Assembly: GCF_006345805.1 (NCBI RefSeq)
Contig: NC_043010.1
Span: 19,840,001-19,904,000 of the forward strand
Source of the DNA: Octopus sinensis
Lineage: Eukaryota
Length of the DNA: 64,000 nt
Reading direction: 5' to 3'
How positions within the stretch are numbered: the first letter of the stretch is position 1; each line of letters begins with the position of its first letter. The position numbers were made by a program, and so were the translations under genes. A model generated the notes under the pieces. It had not been told where the DNA came from, ran no database searches, and saw only the letters and a program-made list of their open reading frames with translations. Of this stretch, positions 26,700-39,063 are shown one piece after another.

Positions 26700-27600
26700 G
26701 ACTCTGATGCCATGCCATTGCAGATGAATTAACCCCATGAACAACAACAGTATTTGACCATATCAACAGCGGCACTTTTTGAGGACAAGAGAATCATTGA
26801 AGGGAATCAATCCAGTTGTATAAGTCAGGAGCTGACATAAAATTCAAAGGGCAAATGCAAAGGATCAGTAAAGGCAAAAATAGTCACATACTGACAGCTG
26901 GCATAAGTTTACCATTCTCTTTTGCTATTTGCAGGAGGACAGCAAAATTATGCCAATGAACACATGGCCAATGCAGATCTTTGTGGCCACATGGATCTCT
27001 AGCCTAGAGTAAAGCAAGCTCTGTAGATATGGAAATGCATTACAGATATGGTTGAGAATATCCATCTCATCTTTTCCCTAAGGAACATAGTGTGAGGTGC
27101 TACGATTAACTACTGCCAGAATCCCAAAGCTGAGTAAGACATGTGCCCTTTCAGAGGATAAGATGCAATCTTTGTCTTGGCTACATTGACCATCATGCCA
27201 ATATGTAATGAATTCATGACTGAGACATTCGATGGCTGACTGGACAGGCACATAACTGCTACCAATTTGAAGACATCAGTCTAGTGAAAGTCAATGACAG
27301 TGAAATATTGTCCCACAGGGACACTCCAGAAATCCACCACAGTACACAAAGCAATGATATAGTTAAACAATTTTAACACAGACACCTGAGCAAATTTCAA
27401 AGGAGTCAAATACTATTGTTTGTATTGAGCTGTAATAATTTTGAGACTCAGCAGCTTCAGAGGTAATCCATCTATGATCATGATATCTCAGAATGCACTG
27501 CAATCAACAGCATCAAAAGCTGATATGAATTCCACAAAGCAAATGATGGCTTGTTGCTGGTGACTCCAAATCTGTGAGGTTTTTATCAGGGCTGAGGCAA
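26700..27600 (-). pseudogene. Heavily degraded non-LTR reverse transcriptase remnant
   Basis: Minus-strand fragments IGMMVNVAKTK and SGVSLWDNISL resemble the RT motifs G..VN..KTK and GV.QGD.LS. Confidence 0.4.
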
Positions 27601-28065
27601 CACAGAATAAATTCTCTCTTTGAGAAGAGTTTCAAAATGTTCACTTACCAATGCAGACACCAGCAAAGACAAATACCAACACAGATACTAACAGATATCA
27701 ATACTAAATTAGAGAGAGGTTTCAACACAGACACTGGCACAGACAGATATTGCTGCAGATACAGCATAGAGAGATATCGATAATTACATATATCAAAGAA
27801 GACATACAGCATATGTATTCAATAAACTATTAACAACAATATGTCTAAGGCCCCCTGAAGACATTAGTGATAGGAGCAAGATAAAGAAGACACTGACTCT
27901 TGTAGTATTCAACAGAGCAAAATGGTAGGAAACAAGGAAATGAAAAGCAAAGTCAAGTATTGTGTTGTACATGCACTCTCATACACAAACAATACACATG
28001 AATTACAGAAGAGTATTTAATTAGAATAAGTTAATTGGGTAATTACATACTTTGGACACTGATAA

Positions 28066-28124
<59 letters not shown>

Positions 28125-28680
28125 GTTAGTAGAACGGGTTCGTTTAAAACCAGTGAAGGCACAATTAAAATAAAGGACATCATAACCATCACCATCATAT
28201 TTAATACACTGTATCTTCACAAACATACATAATTGAAGAAGACACACATAGAGTGAGGATAAAGGTCACATTTCTGTACAAATTGAACCAATCAAGATAC
28301 ATTAGATAACTAAACAACCAATGAAATACATAATAAAGACAAAAGCGAGAAAGATTACGTGAAAACTTCAGAAATCTAGAATCCAATAATGCAAATTGTA
28401 AAAGCCTGATGACAAAAGGGTAATAAAACTGTGAGAGCCTTTTGGAATCAGTAACAGTGAAAAGGCTAAAGAGAACTGGTGAGTGTGTATCGAATATGTA
28501 TCAGTGGTGTGATGTTGTGCAGCTGTGAAGTTAGAGGACTTGTAGTGGCTGAAGAGAGTGTATGGTGTATGTGTTGGTGATGTGAGTTTGTCATACAGCA
28601 TTGTATGACAACTCAAACCCTATTGTCCTAAAAAGTGAAACCTACATTATATATACATAAGAACACAGGGTGTTCATAAT

Positions 28681-28897
28681 TCTTTTCTACTCTAGGCACA
28701 AGGCCCGAAACTTTTTTGGAGAGGGGGCTAGTCAATTAGATTGATCCCAGTATGCAACTGGTACTTAATTTATCAACTCCCAAAAGGATAAAAGGCAAAG
28801 TTGACCTTGGCAGAATTTGAACTCAGAACGTAAAGACAGACGAATACCGCTCAGAATTTTGCCTGGTGTGCTAACATTTCTGCCAGCTCACTGCCTT
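28681..28897 (-). mobile_element. SINE family B copy (GCCTTGTGCCTAGAGTAGAAAAG tail variant)
   Basis: Full length; TSD-like flanks ACAGGGTGTTCATAATT / ACAGAGTGTTCATAATT. Confidence 0.88.
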
Positions 28898-29240
28898 ACA
28901 GAGTGTTCATAATTGAAACACCTTTAATCAGAGGTGTGATGCATCAAAGCTGACCTGAAGATAAACAAGTATCACAACATTGTCACATTTGTCTCATCAG
29001 ATCACATGTCAAAACCATTTAACCATTGTATGTTGGTCTATTCTTACAAATGTGACAAAAAGATGAGTATGAGGGGAGGTGGGGGGCTCATTAAAAAATA
29101 TTGTTCCTACATTAATAATTAGCAGCAGGAGAAAGAATAATTAAGCTAACAAAGTACAATTAATACATGTAATACAGCTCAAAGACCTTAACAAAATACA
29201 TATAATATGACACCAGTTCAAAATACAGCAAGTGTTTTAA

Positions 29241-29459
29241 TTAACCCTTTCGTTACCAACCCAGCTGAAACCTGCTCTGGCTCTGTAGTACAAATGTTTT
29301 CTTTTCATAAGTTTTGAATTAAAATCTTCCACCAAACCTTAGTCACAATTTATGTTCCTAACACTAGCTGAATGATAACTAAGTCATTATACTAAATTCT
29401 TTGTTATATTTAAAGTAATTGAAAGAAACACAGAGGATCTCAAAATAAATAAGGGTTAA
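29241..29459. mobile_element. piggyBac-like (TTAA) MITE family 2
   Basis: Termini TTAACCCTT...AAGGGTTAA; the same sequence occurs reversed at 55911-56376. Confidence 0.8.
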
Positions 29460-29617
29460 TGTTAGTGGAAAGTAATGATTGTAATGGGTGTGGTGGTGTA
29501 GAGACCCGGGTCAGCCCTAATTAAGCAGATCTATCTTCCAACCATGACCATCCCATCTTTATTCAAATATACCTTTGGCTCCAATACATCAACACCATCT
29601 ATTTTCTTTCTCTTGAT

Positions 29618-30209
29618 TGTGCAATGCCCCAAGGTGACTGAGCTCTGGGCTTATATTGAACACCTGCTGTCGCATTCAAGAAGAGTACAACTGTCGAGCG
29701 AATCTGTAATTAAGATCGTTCCACTGACCTCCCTGAATAGGGAGGAGTGAGCCTGTTTTCTCTCGGTAGTTGCTGTTGCGAAATAGGTAGTATGGGAGAC
29801 AAGAGTGAAAGGAATTGCAACAGGCATGTTCATCTCCAGTCTCAAGCTAATCGACTTTTTCATTTTCCACATGAAATGGAAAATAAGGCTGGAGAAGAAA
29901 TGCCTGTTGCAAAGTGTGTTTCGTAAAAGATGGAAGTATATAGCAAGTATGTTGCAAGTGGAAGAACCTATTTAAACGAGAATATAAAAAGGAGAAAGCA
30001 AAGTCTTTCGTGTGAGTATGTGGTTTGTGGGGTCGACTACGTCCTCTGCATCATTTTTTGTAAATCACTCATTCTCATTTAATTGTATATATTTTAATTG
30101 TTTGTTTATTCATACGTTTTGTCTCATTCGATACCCTAACCCCTATGTTTGTTTTGTCTGTCCTCGTATCGTCCCCTCTTTTTCTCAACCTCATGGTTAA
30201 TAAAGAAAT
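29618..30209 (+). mobile_element. L1/Tx1-like LINE 3' end (ORF2 C-terminus + 3' UTR)
   Basis: VQCPKVTELWAYIEHLL...CFLSVVAVAK*VVWETR...FRKRW resembles the Tx1/L1 ORF2 C-terminus. The element ends TAATAAAGAAAT. Confidence 0.65.
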
Positions 30210-31142
30210 TGACTATCTCACTATCCTTCTCTAACTCTCTCTCTCTCTTCTTCTCCTTCCCCATCCCACTGGAGTAGCCAAGTATCCCCTCTTACCTTGG
30301 GCCCTTTATTTTACTCTAACCTCTCACCTGGATGGCAGCTACTTCTCTCTCTCAGCTGAGAGGTCACTGCCTTGCAAGCTACTTGGTGACCACAATGGTG
30401 CCACGTAAAAGACACCAAGTCCACTCTGTAAAGTGGTTGGCATTAGGAAGGGCATCCAGCCACAGAAACCTTACCAAGCCAGACTCATGGAACCCGGTGC
30501 AACCCTTTGGCTTGACAGCTCCTGTCAAACCGTCCAAACCATCCCAGCATGGAAAATGGGTGTTAAATTACATAGATGATGATAATGGGCATTTCCTTTT
30601 GCTGAAGATGCTAAAATATGAGTTGCAGGAGATCTGGCTGCATGGGCTTTTTGCAGGGGTGGAACTGATAAAAACAATTGTAGTGATTGTGCAAATGACC
30701 TCAGTAGTGGTGATGGTGATGGTGGTGGTTGTAATTATATCAATAGTATACATTGGCTTCAAATATAGGCACAAGTCCAGGATTTGGGGATAGAGAATAA
30801 GTCAATTACATTGAAACCCCCAACCCACCCAGTGCTCAACTAGTGCTTATTTTATTGACTCCCAAAAGAATGAAAGGCAAAGTTGACCTTGGTGGAATTT
30901 GAACTCAGAACATGAAGATGGACGAGATGCCTCAAAGCATTTTGCATGGCACACTAACGACCTTGCCAGCTCACCTTCACTGATATTTGCCTCAAGTTTG
31001 AATAGAAGGCCAGCAATTTCGGTGCTGAGGGAAGGTCGATTAAATCAACCCCAGTTTTCAGCTGGTACTTATTCTATTGATCCTGCAAAAGGAGGGAAGG
31101 CAAAGTCGACCTTGGCAGAATTTGAACTCAGAAAGTAAAGAT

Positions 31143-31508
31143 AAGCGCAGGAGTGGTGGTAAGTAGCTTGCTTATCAACCACATGGTTCCAGGTTCAGTC
31201 CCACTGTGTGGCACCTTGGGCAAGTGTCTTCTACTATAGCCTTGGGCCAACCAAAGCCTTGTGAGTGGATTTTGTAGACGGAAACTGAAAGAAGCCCATC
31301 GTGTGCATGTGTGTGTCTGTGTTTGTTCCCCCACTATCGATTGACAACCAACATTGGTGTTTACGTACCCGTAACTTAGTGGTTCGGCAAAAGATACCGA
31401 TGGAATAAGTACTAGGCTTACAAAGAATAAGAACTGGGGTCGATTTGTTCGACTAAAGGTGGTGCTCCAGCATGGCCACAGTCAAATGAGTGAAACAAAT
31501 AAAAAGAA
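31143..31508 (+). mobile_element. SINE family A copy inserted into a family B copy
   Basis: Family B sequence breaks after GAACTCAGAAAGTAAAGA and resumes at ~31510 (GAAGAAACGCCTCTAAGGATTTTGCTCAGCGTGCTAAC). Confidence 0.8.
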
Positions 31509-31810
31509 TGGAAGAAACGCCTCTAAGGATTTTGCTCAGCGTGCTAACAACTCTGTCAGCTTGCCACCTCAAATGGTATCAATGGTAATATTGATTGTGG
31601 CTTTGGTGATGACAGTGGTTAAAATGCTAATGGTTATTAGTGATGAGAGCAGTATTAGTGACAGGTGTATTTGTGGGGAAAGAAGCAGGGATGTGGATCA
31701 AGGAAGAAGAGGTAGTCGTAATATGGTACTAATTCATGTAGAAGTAACAGCAACAACAACAGTGGCTGTATAGCATGGTGTCACTGAATCATGCTGTACC
31801 ACATTACAAA

Positions 31811-31926
31811 CAGCAGCAGCAGCAGCGGTGGCGGCGGTGGTTGTGGTGGTGATGGTGGTGGTGATGGTGATGGTGGTGATGATGGTCGTGGTGGTGGTGG
31901 TAGTGGTGGTGATGGTGGTGATGGTG
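31811..31926. repeat. (CAG)/(GGT/GAT) trinucleotide microsatellite
   Basis: Directly visible; it produces the poly-Gly and poly-His ORFs. Confidence 0.9.
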
Positions 31927-32443
31927 AGAGTGGAGTATCATCTGACTCTGGTGAGAACTCTTACTCCTCTCACCTTCTTTGAAATGCAATGATAACATCC
32001 GATGTTACCCCCTCTCCCCTACCACTACACTGCTCATCAAGAGGAGGAAGAGGAGATGATGCACGGCAGCTGATGAGGATCACTGAAGATGCCAGGAGTT
32101 TCACTACAATATTATTACAGCTTACAAACTCTGCTATTTTCACAATATGATTCACACTGACACCATCACCTGCACGTCCACATTTAGGGCAAAGACGGGG
32201 TTTCTATGTGATCGATCCAAATGCTAAAAATAGTAGCGAAATCTCATTAAAATCACACCACACTGAATAAAAAAGGTGATAAATATACATTGGAGAATGT
32301 AATACTAGATGTACAAAAAAAAAGACAATAATCGTGGCTAGAACATTTTTGATCATAGGTGGGATTGATCGCAGATGACCTGGAGTTAAACAACAAGAAT
32401 GATGGTAATAAAAGGAAGTATGGTTTCTTATGCAAATGTTATC

Positions 32444-32701
32444 GGTACTACTAGCGAACAGTGGACCCGGAGCGCGCATCCGCGATAGCTAGTCGTAAGT
32501 AGTCGATCCTACAACGACTACCTAGCAAAGTAAGTAAAACACAAAATAAATAACTTTTTTTACACAAAGTAAATAATTTTTGTTAAACAAAGTAAATAAC
32601 ACACAAAAACACAAAGTAAGGATCGACTAGTCATGACTAGCTATCGCGGATGCGCGACTACGCGAGAGCGCGCACCGGGACCGCTATTCGCTAGTAGTAC
32701 C
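32444..32701. mobile_element. Merlin-like MITE (GG...CC termini, 8-bp TSD)
   Basis: Perfect TSD ATGTTATC (32436-32443 and 32702-32709). Imperfect TIRs of ~65 bp, GGTACTACTAGCGAA... / ...TTCGCTAGTAGTACC. The A-rich interior has CAAAGTAA repeats. Confidence 0.8.
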
Positions 32702-34524
32702 ATGTTATCCTTGAAAAGGGAGCTGCATGGTTAGTCAATCAGAAAACTAGGATTTGTGTGGGTACCGGTTGCGTTTGTAATGAATGAAAAGTAGAAACCG
32801 TCCCTGATGATATACGAAGTAAAAACCAGGTGAGACAGAAGGGGACGAGCTCCTCAAAGAGAGGGGTTCGTACGCGCGCACACGCACATTCACACACTAC
32901 AAACACGAGATGCATTACTTAATTACGAATATATTAGAGAGACACTAAGAGCGAAGAGAGAGAGAGAGAGATAGGATTATTTGCACAAATAAGAAAAAGG
33001 ATTAGGATAATGGACAGTTATGACGATGTCGTCTGCGATTATAACAAAAACAAACAAACAAGAATAATAATAATCCTCATAAATTCCACTAAAGTCGGTT
33101 CTTCGTACAATCGCACGGTTAGCCTTTGTATCCCTCCCACCCCCAACTTCGCGTTTCCCTTCTCCTCCTCCTATAACTACTCCTCTTGCTTCTTTGGTAG
33201 ACGTTTGTTTGAATGAAAAGCTATCACATGAATGAATGAATGAATGAATGAACAAAAAACGAACGTAGTTGGCACTAGTAAAAGTAGCAAAAGGCAAAAA
33301 TGGTGAACTTCATTTATAGCAGTCGTAGTATTATATAGTCTGTTGTAGAGTAATAGTGGAGGGGCCATACGAGGCGGAGTGGATGCTGCAGCGAGCGACG
33401 CTGGCCGTTCTCCACGGTAATACCATCGCAGTCATTACCACGGGTCGCGGATGAGCACGCCATTTGTGCTGGGGTGTGTGGTCCATGGCCCCTCTCCTTC
33501 CATCTTCTGTTGATTGCTCCCCACCCTTTTCCCCCCTTTTCTGTTTCTTTGTATTTGAATGATACAGAAATTTAAAATGTGGTTTACTGTATAATAGGCT
33601 ATGGAAATAAAACATTTGTCTCAAACTCTGGTGGAAAGGAAGAGAAGAAGAAGAAGTTATGATCATTGGAAAACATGGGACACAGTCATTGCTGCTGTCA
33701 CACAATCATCTCACCGTCGCAATATACAAATCCCAACACTTCCATTCCCCTCTAACCATCTGCCTTCCCCCACCACCACACTCACTGCCGTTCTTCATCA
33801 CCATCATCTACATCCTACCTAGTGTTTCCTCCACATCTCAGACACACACCACCACCACTACACTCCACCCTGACACACTATGTTCACCACTATCAATCCC
33901 CCCCCGCAACAAGGCACATAGGGTGGGGGAAACGGGGGCAAAACAGACAAAAAGTACATCGCCCCCACACACCTCTTTCCTTGTTACACATGACAAAATC
34001 TCCATCTTAAATAATATATACACAACACGTACTTTATTGAATAACAACCACATATATATATACACACACACATACTCGCGTGCTATATAATTGCGCTATG
34101 TGTCTCAATATAGTTTTCAGCCATTGTATCATATATATATATATATATATATATCACATACATACACTAAGTATATGGAGGAGGAGACAGATACACAGCT
34201 ATCCATTGACTGACTCATCCCAGCTGTATTTCGCTTAAACTACAACCACACGATTCATGTAGTCATCATGTATACATGGGTTTTGTGAGTGTGTTTGTGT
34301 GTGCGCGTATACGACAGAGCTTGAGTGTGTGTGCTCATAAATAAGTGAGGGTTGTCACTCACTGACGGATAATTCTTGTCATGAAAAGTCGAACTATACG
34401 ACCTTCTCAGGCATGGAACGACGAAGGAACATCTTATACACAAATGCATTAAGAAAAAAAATCAGTCAGAATAACGCACCATGATCGTAAAATTGTTCGT
34501 TTAATGCCCAAACAGAAAAGAAAA

Positions 34525-34560
34525 TGCCTAACGTTTCGGACGTGGGTCCTTCATCAAAAC
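34525..34560 (-). ncRNA. Degenerate minimal hammerhead (Penelope-LTR type)
   Basis: UUGAUGA A-GGAC[CCAC]GUCC GAAA CGU UA GGC, with a C3U change and a palindromic stem III AACGUU. Confidence 0.6.
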
Positions 34561-35114
34561 GAAAAGGAAAGAGGGAAGAAATATTAAAAAATTAAAATTA
34601 AGAGGGTGGAGAAAGAGGAAATGTATTTAGCAAGGTGAGCGATAGCTGCTTCATAAAGTGAGTGAATGTATGTATCATTGGTGGATGGATGTCTATGTGG
34701 GTGGGCATGGTGCATATGTGCATATCTTGATGTGCAAATATACATTGTTTTAGCTTGTCAGTGGATGTATATGTGTATGTGGGTGATGTGTGCGATTATC
34801 TGTGTTGGGTATATGTGTACAGTTTAAGTGTATTTGCACAGTATGGGTGGCTATGTGTATGTGTGGGTGCAGGGTCTGTATATGCATGAGAGAGAGAGAG
34901 CATGTGTACATTTGCATCGGAATGATATGGATGTTATGCACACAAGTTGGAATATTTTGGGAACCATCATCATGCATTTATACTGCACTGTACATGTGCA
35001 ATTTAAAATGCATTTCTTGTTTGTACATGGACTGTGAGTGTCCAAGTATTCACAGATGTGAGAAAATTTTTGCTCTACAAGGGAGGAGAAACAAAAACAA
35101 CAAAAAGTAAGAAT

Positions 35115-35435
35115 GGGTGCAGCTGTGGCTGTGTGGTAAGAAGCTTGCTTCCTAACCATATGGTTCCAGGTTCAGTCACACTGTGTGGCACCTTAGTGTC
35201 TTCTACCAAAGTCATGTGACTGGATTTAGCAGATGAAAACTGAAAGAAGCCCGCTGTGTGTGTGTGTGTGTGTTTGTCCCCCACCATCACTTGACAACTG
35301 GCATTAGTGTGTTTACATCACCATGACTTAGTGATTCAGCAACAGAGATCGATAAAGTGCCAGGGTTGATTCATTTGATTAAAATTCTCCAAAGCGGGGC
35401 CACAGTCTAATGACTGAAATGAGCAAAAGATAAAA
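35115..35435 (+). mobile_element. SINE family A copy
   Basis: GTGGCTGTGTGGTAAGAAGCTTGCTTCC head, with family body and tail. Confidence 0.8.
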
Positions 35436-35718
35436 GGAAGGAAACAGATGATGCAGGGGCACTGGAATCTGGAGGAGGACAAAAAGTGGTTTGATTGTAA
35501 TTGTGGAATGAGTATCCAAGGGCCACAATGGCTGAGCAGAAGAGGGAGTGCTTGTGTATGAAAGTGGACAATGGAGGGCACTGTTTAGTATAGGCAGCTA
35601 TGCAGTTGTATATATTTGTGTTGTGTGAACTCTTCAGCATTCAGTTAACTCCTCCATCAAATGTAATCCTTGTTTATTCACATCGTTTGGAATTAATCAC
35701 ACGTTATCTTATAGCTTA

Positions 35719-36088
35719 GGTGCAGATGTGGCTGTGTGGTAAGAAGCTTGCTTCCCAACTACATGGTTCCAGGTTCAGTCCCGCTGCGTGGCACCTTGGG
35801 CAAGTGTCTTCTACTATAGCTTCGGGCCAACCAAAGCCTTGTGAGTGGATTTGGTAGGGGGAAACTGAAGAAAGCCCATCATGTGTGTGCGTCTGTGTTT
35901 GTCCCCCCAACATCACTTGACAACCAATGTTGCTGGGTTTTACATCCCCGTAACTTAGCGGTTCAGCAAAAGAGACCGATAGAATAAGCACTACGCTTAC
36001 AAAGAATAAGTCCTAGAGTCGAATTGTTCAATAAAAGGCGATGCTCCAGCATGGCTGTAGTCAAATGAGTGAAACAAATAAAAGAATA
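35719..36088 (+). mobile_element. SINE family A copy inside TTAA-MITE family 1
   Basis: Full-length copy; the flanks rejoin as a reversed MITE family 1. Confidence 0.85.
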
Positions 36089-37089
36089 ATTCCAATGATG
36101 TGATTGCATATTTTTAGAATGACATTGTAGGATAAGTATGAGAGGCCAAATCTGGTCAGTCTGAACTTAAAACAGGCTGAAGACTTAAGCATTGCCCTTC
36201 TTCTATCAGGTTCTCTTTTGCCAAACCATCAAGTTACAGAAAGACCAGAAATTTCGTGTGAAATGCATCAGGATTTGGAAAGATAGTGAAGATGTGCTGA
36301 ATGCTTACACAACAGGTTTATACTATGTATGGTACAAAGAAAAGAAATTACATTTGACAAAAAGTGGGAAATGAAGAGCTGACTAAAAGCTTTATGTAGA
36401 CCACTGTATATATCAACATCATAATCATTTAATACCCATGTTGGCATGGGTTGGGCGGTTTGACAGGATTCGACAGGTCTGGTCAAGGGCTGCATTGAGC
36501 TCCAATGTCTGCCTTGGGATGGTTTCTACAGCGAGGTGCTCATACATATGTATCATTTATTTGGTTAACATTGTGTTTTTCAAGCTAGTATGGATTTGAT
36601 GAGGACTTATTTGAGTCAGTAGTTTAGCTGTTTTATTTCAGTGGTCTTTTGGAAGTGCAGTGCAAGCACTCTTAATGAGAACATGGAATGTAAACATCAC
36701 TTCACCATTTTGTTCAAATGGTGACAAGTAAAGTTGTTGAATGTCAACATCTACAAACATATGTACATATACATGCATATGTGTGTGTGTGTGTGTATAC
36801 AAAATATTGGGGTTTAGTTCACAGGTGGTCTAAATGACTAGGTACACTGGGCTCCAAGGTTATAGCGGAGATGGTAGTTATGGAGCCATTGTATATTTCT
36901 GATATAGCGGATATGTAATTGGTAAAGAGGACAACAAACATTAAGACAAGACAGAAAATCCCGTACTCTGGGATATCCCAGAAACAGCTGTAAGACTTCA
37001 AATTTTCCCAATTTTGACTTGAGATGTTTGTTTTGCCTTAATGTTTAGTGTCCTTAATTTCATATATATATAATAATAATAATAATATA

Positions 37090-37319
37090 ATAATAATAAT
37101 AATAATGGTATTTTTATATATGTTTAATGCTTATGGCGATCACCATGCAATGACTAAGGAAAATAGTTTAATAAAGGGGCATATAAGCCCTAAACAGGAA
37201 AGCCTTCTTTTTTCTGTCGAGGGCTTATATGCCCCTTTATTAGACTATTTTCCTTAGTCATTGCAGGGTGATCGCCATAAGCTTTAAGCTTATATAAAAA
37301 TACCATTATTATTATTATT
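37090..37319. repeat. Palindromic element (~100-bp arms, ~30-bp loop) in (AAT)n
   Basis: GGTATTTTTATATA...GGGGCATATAAGCCC is mirrored by GGGCTTATATGCCCC...TATATAAAAATACC. Confidence 0.9.
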
Positions 37320-37639
37320 TACAGGATTGTAAATCACAGGACCATAATAAAAAGCCATTCGCACCAAAAGCATATGTTTATACATATACACATATGTATG
37401 TATGTATGTATAAGAGACTGGAAAGAAAATCATTCTACATTTTTGACATGACCACTTTGAGGGTACTTTCCCAATATTTACAGTAACTTTATATCATAGT
37501 GGTTGAATATATATAGATTTTACTCTTTTAAATTGAGTTTAGACCAGATCCCTATCAGACACTGCAAGCTGTATGAATTCTAAAGGGCTCTTCAGCAATG
37601 GAAGCAGTCAAAAATATTTGTTTTATCCATGGAAATGAA

Positions 37640-38500
37640 GCTTTAAGTGTTCAGACATGCCAATGATTGCTTGGCCAGTTTCACTCAAGAAATTTTTCTA
37701 TCAGATTCCCCTTGGACTGGATGACAAAATTCTGTGAATATTGAACTTCTGAAAACCATAGTTGAGGAAAATCAAAACTAAAGTGCATGAGAATTAGTAA
37801 AACCATTCAAGTTGCACTTCAATCATAAGATACTATCACATATTAGGAAAACCGTCTAAACATGGGGACTCTCACTGTTTGACTGTTTTTCATCTTAATC
37901 AAAGATTATCAATGAAGAGTAGATTTATTACTGAACCTTTCCTAGATAGAACAATCACAAATGATGAAAAGTGGTTTCTTTATAATCATATTCAACAGAA
38001 CCTGACAATGGTTAGCACTGAATGAAAAAGGACACTCCATCCCCAAACCAGGACAACACCCCAAAATAGTTATGTCTGGTGTTTTGGTGAGATATGAAGG
38101 GTGTCGTGTATCACAGAGTCTTAAACCTAAACAAAGCAGTAAATATGGAGGAGTATTGTTGCTAACTGGAAACATTGCACCAAAATTTGAAGAAAAAGAA
38201 TCCATTATTAGCCAATCAAAAACAAAAAGGTGTTGCTTTTGCATGATAATACAAGACCACATATTGCACAAACCACTTTGGTAAAGCATACGGCGCTGAA
38301 TATGGATGGTTTGCCTGATCTTCCTTATTCTCCAGACCTTGTTCCATCTGGCTATCTTCTTTTCAGATCATTGTTTTAGAGGGAAAACAGTTTATAAGTT
38401 GTGGAGAGGTTAATAATGCTGTTGAGTGTTTCTTTGATACAGAACCTGAAAAAATTTATGCTTGGGGAATCAACAATTTGCCAGTGAAGAATTTGTTTCT
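37640..38500 (+). pseudogene. Degraded mariner transposase
   Basis: Fragments ITNDEKWFLYN, KPGQHPK, LHDNTRPHIAQ and LPYSPDLVPSGYLLFRSL lie in shifting frames. Confidence 0.8.
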
Positions 38501-39026
38501 CTTCACATCTGGAAATGTAACAGGACATTCTTTCCAAATATACATACACACACAGGGTCATATATACATAGAAAAATCATCAGGTGCAGCCACAGCTGTT
38601 AAGCTTATTTTGGACCATATGGTTTCAGGTTCGGTCCAACTGTGCGGTACCTTGGACATGTTGGCCAATAAAAGCCTTCAGAGTGAAAAAGAAACCCAAC
38701 TATGTCATTATCAACATCACTTAATATTCGTTTTCATACTGGAATGGGTTGGACAGTTTGACAAGAGCTGACAAGGCTGGAGGACCATACCAAGCTCTGT
38801 GGTCTGTTTTTGGCATGGTTTCCATAGCTGGGTTCCTTTCCTAATGCCAACCACTTTACAGTGTACTGGGTACTTTTTGTGTGGCCCCAGCATCAGTAGG
38901 GTCACCAAGTAATTTGCAAGACAAAGATCCCCTCGAATGGTGTGAGGAGTAGTACTGAGGGAAGTGGCTTTAAAAAGAATTATAGAGGAGTATAGAGAGG
39001 TGTCTTTCTGTAGGAGAGAGGTGTGA

Positions 39027-39059
<33 letters not shown>

Positions 39060-39063
39060 CACA

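Noticed and set aside
31791-31998. Poly-Gly and poly-His ORFs
   Set aside because: Translations of a GGT/GAT microsatellite.
9640-32120. Other CTGANGA hits (9665-, 17884+, 18296+, 28406+, 28994-, 32090+)
   Set aside because: Each lacks a credible stem II, a GAAA, or a stem III/UH; expected by chance.
33331-33705. 124-aa minus-strand ORF in the CpG-rich block as a nested gene
   Set aside because: No recognisable domain, and the other frames are similarly uninformative; kept only as a regulatory-region finding.
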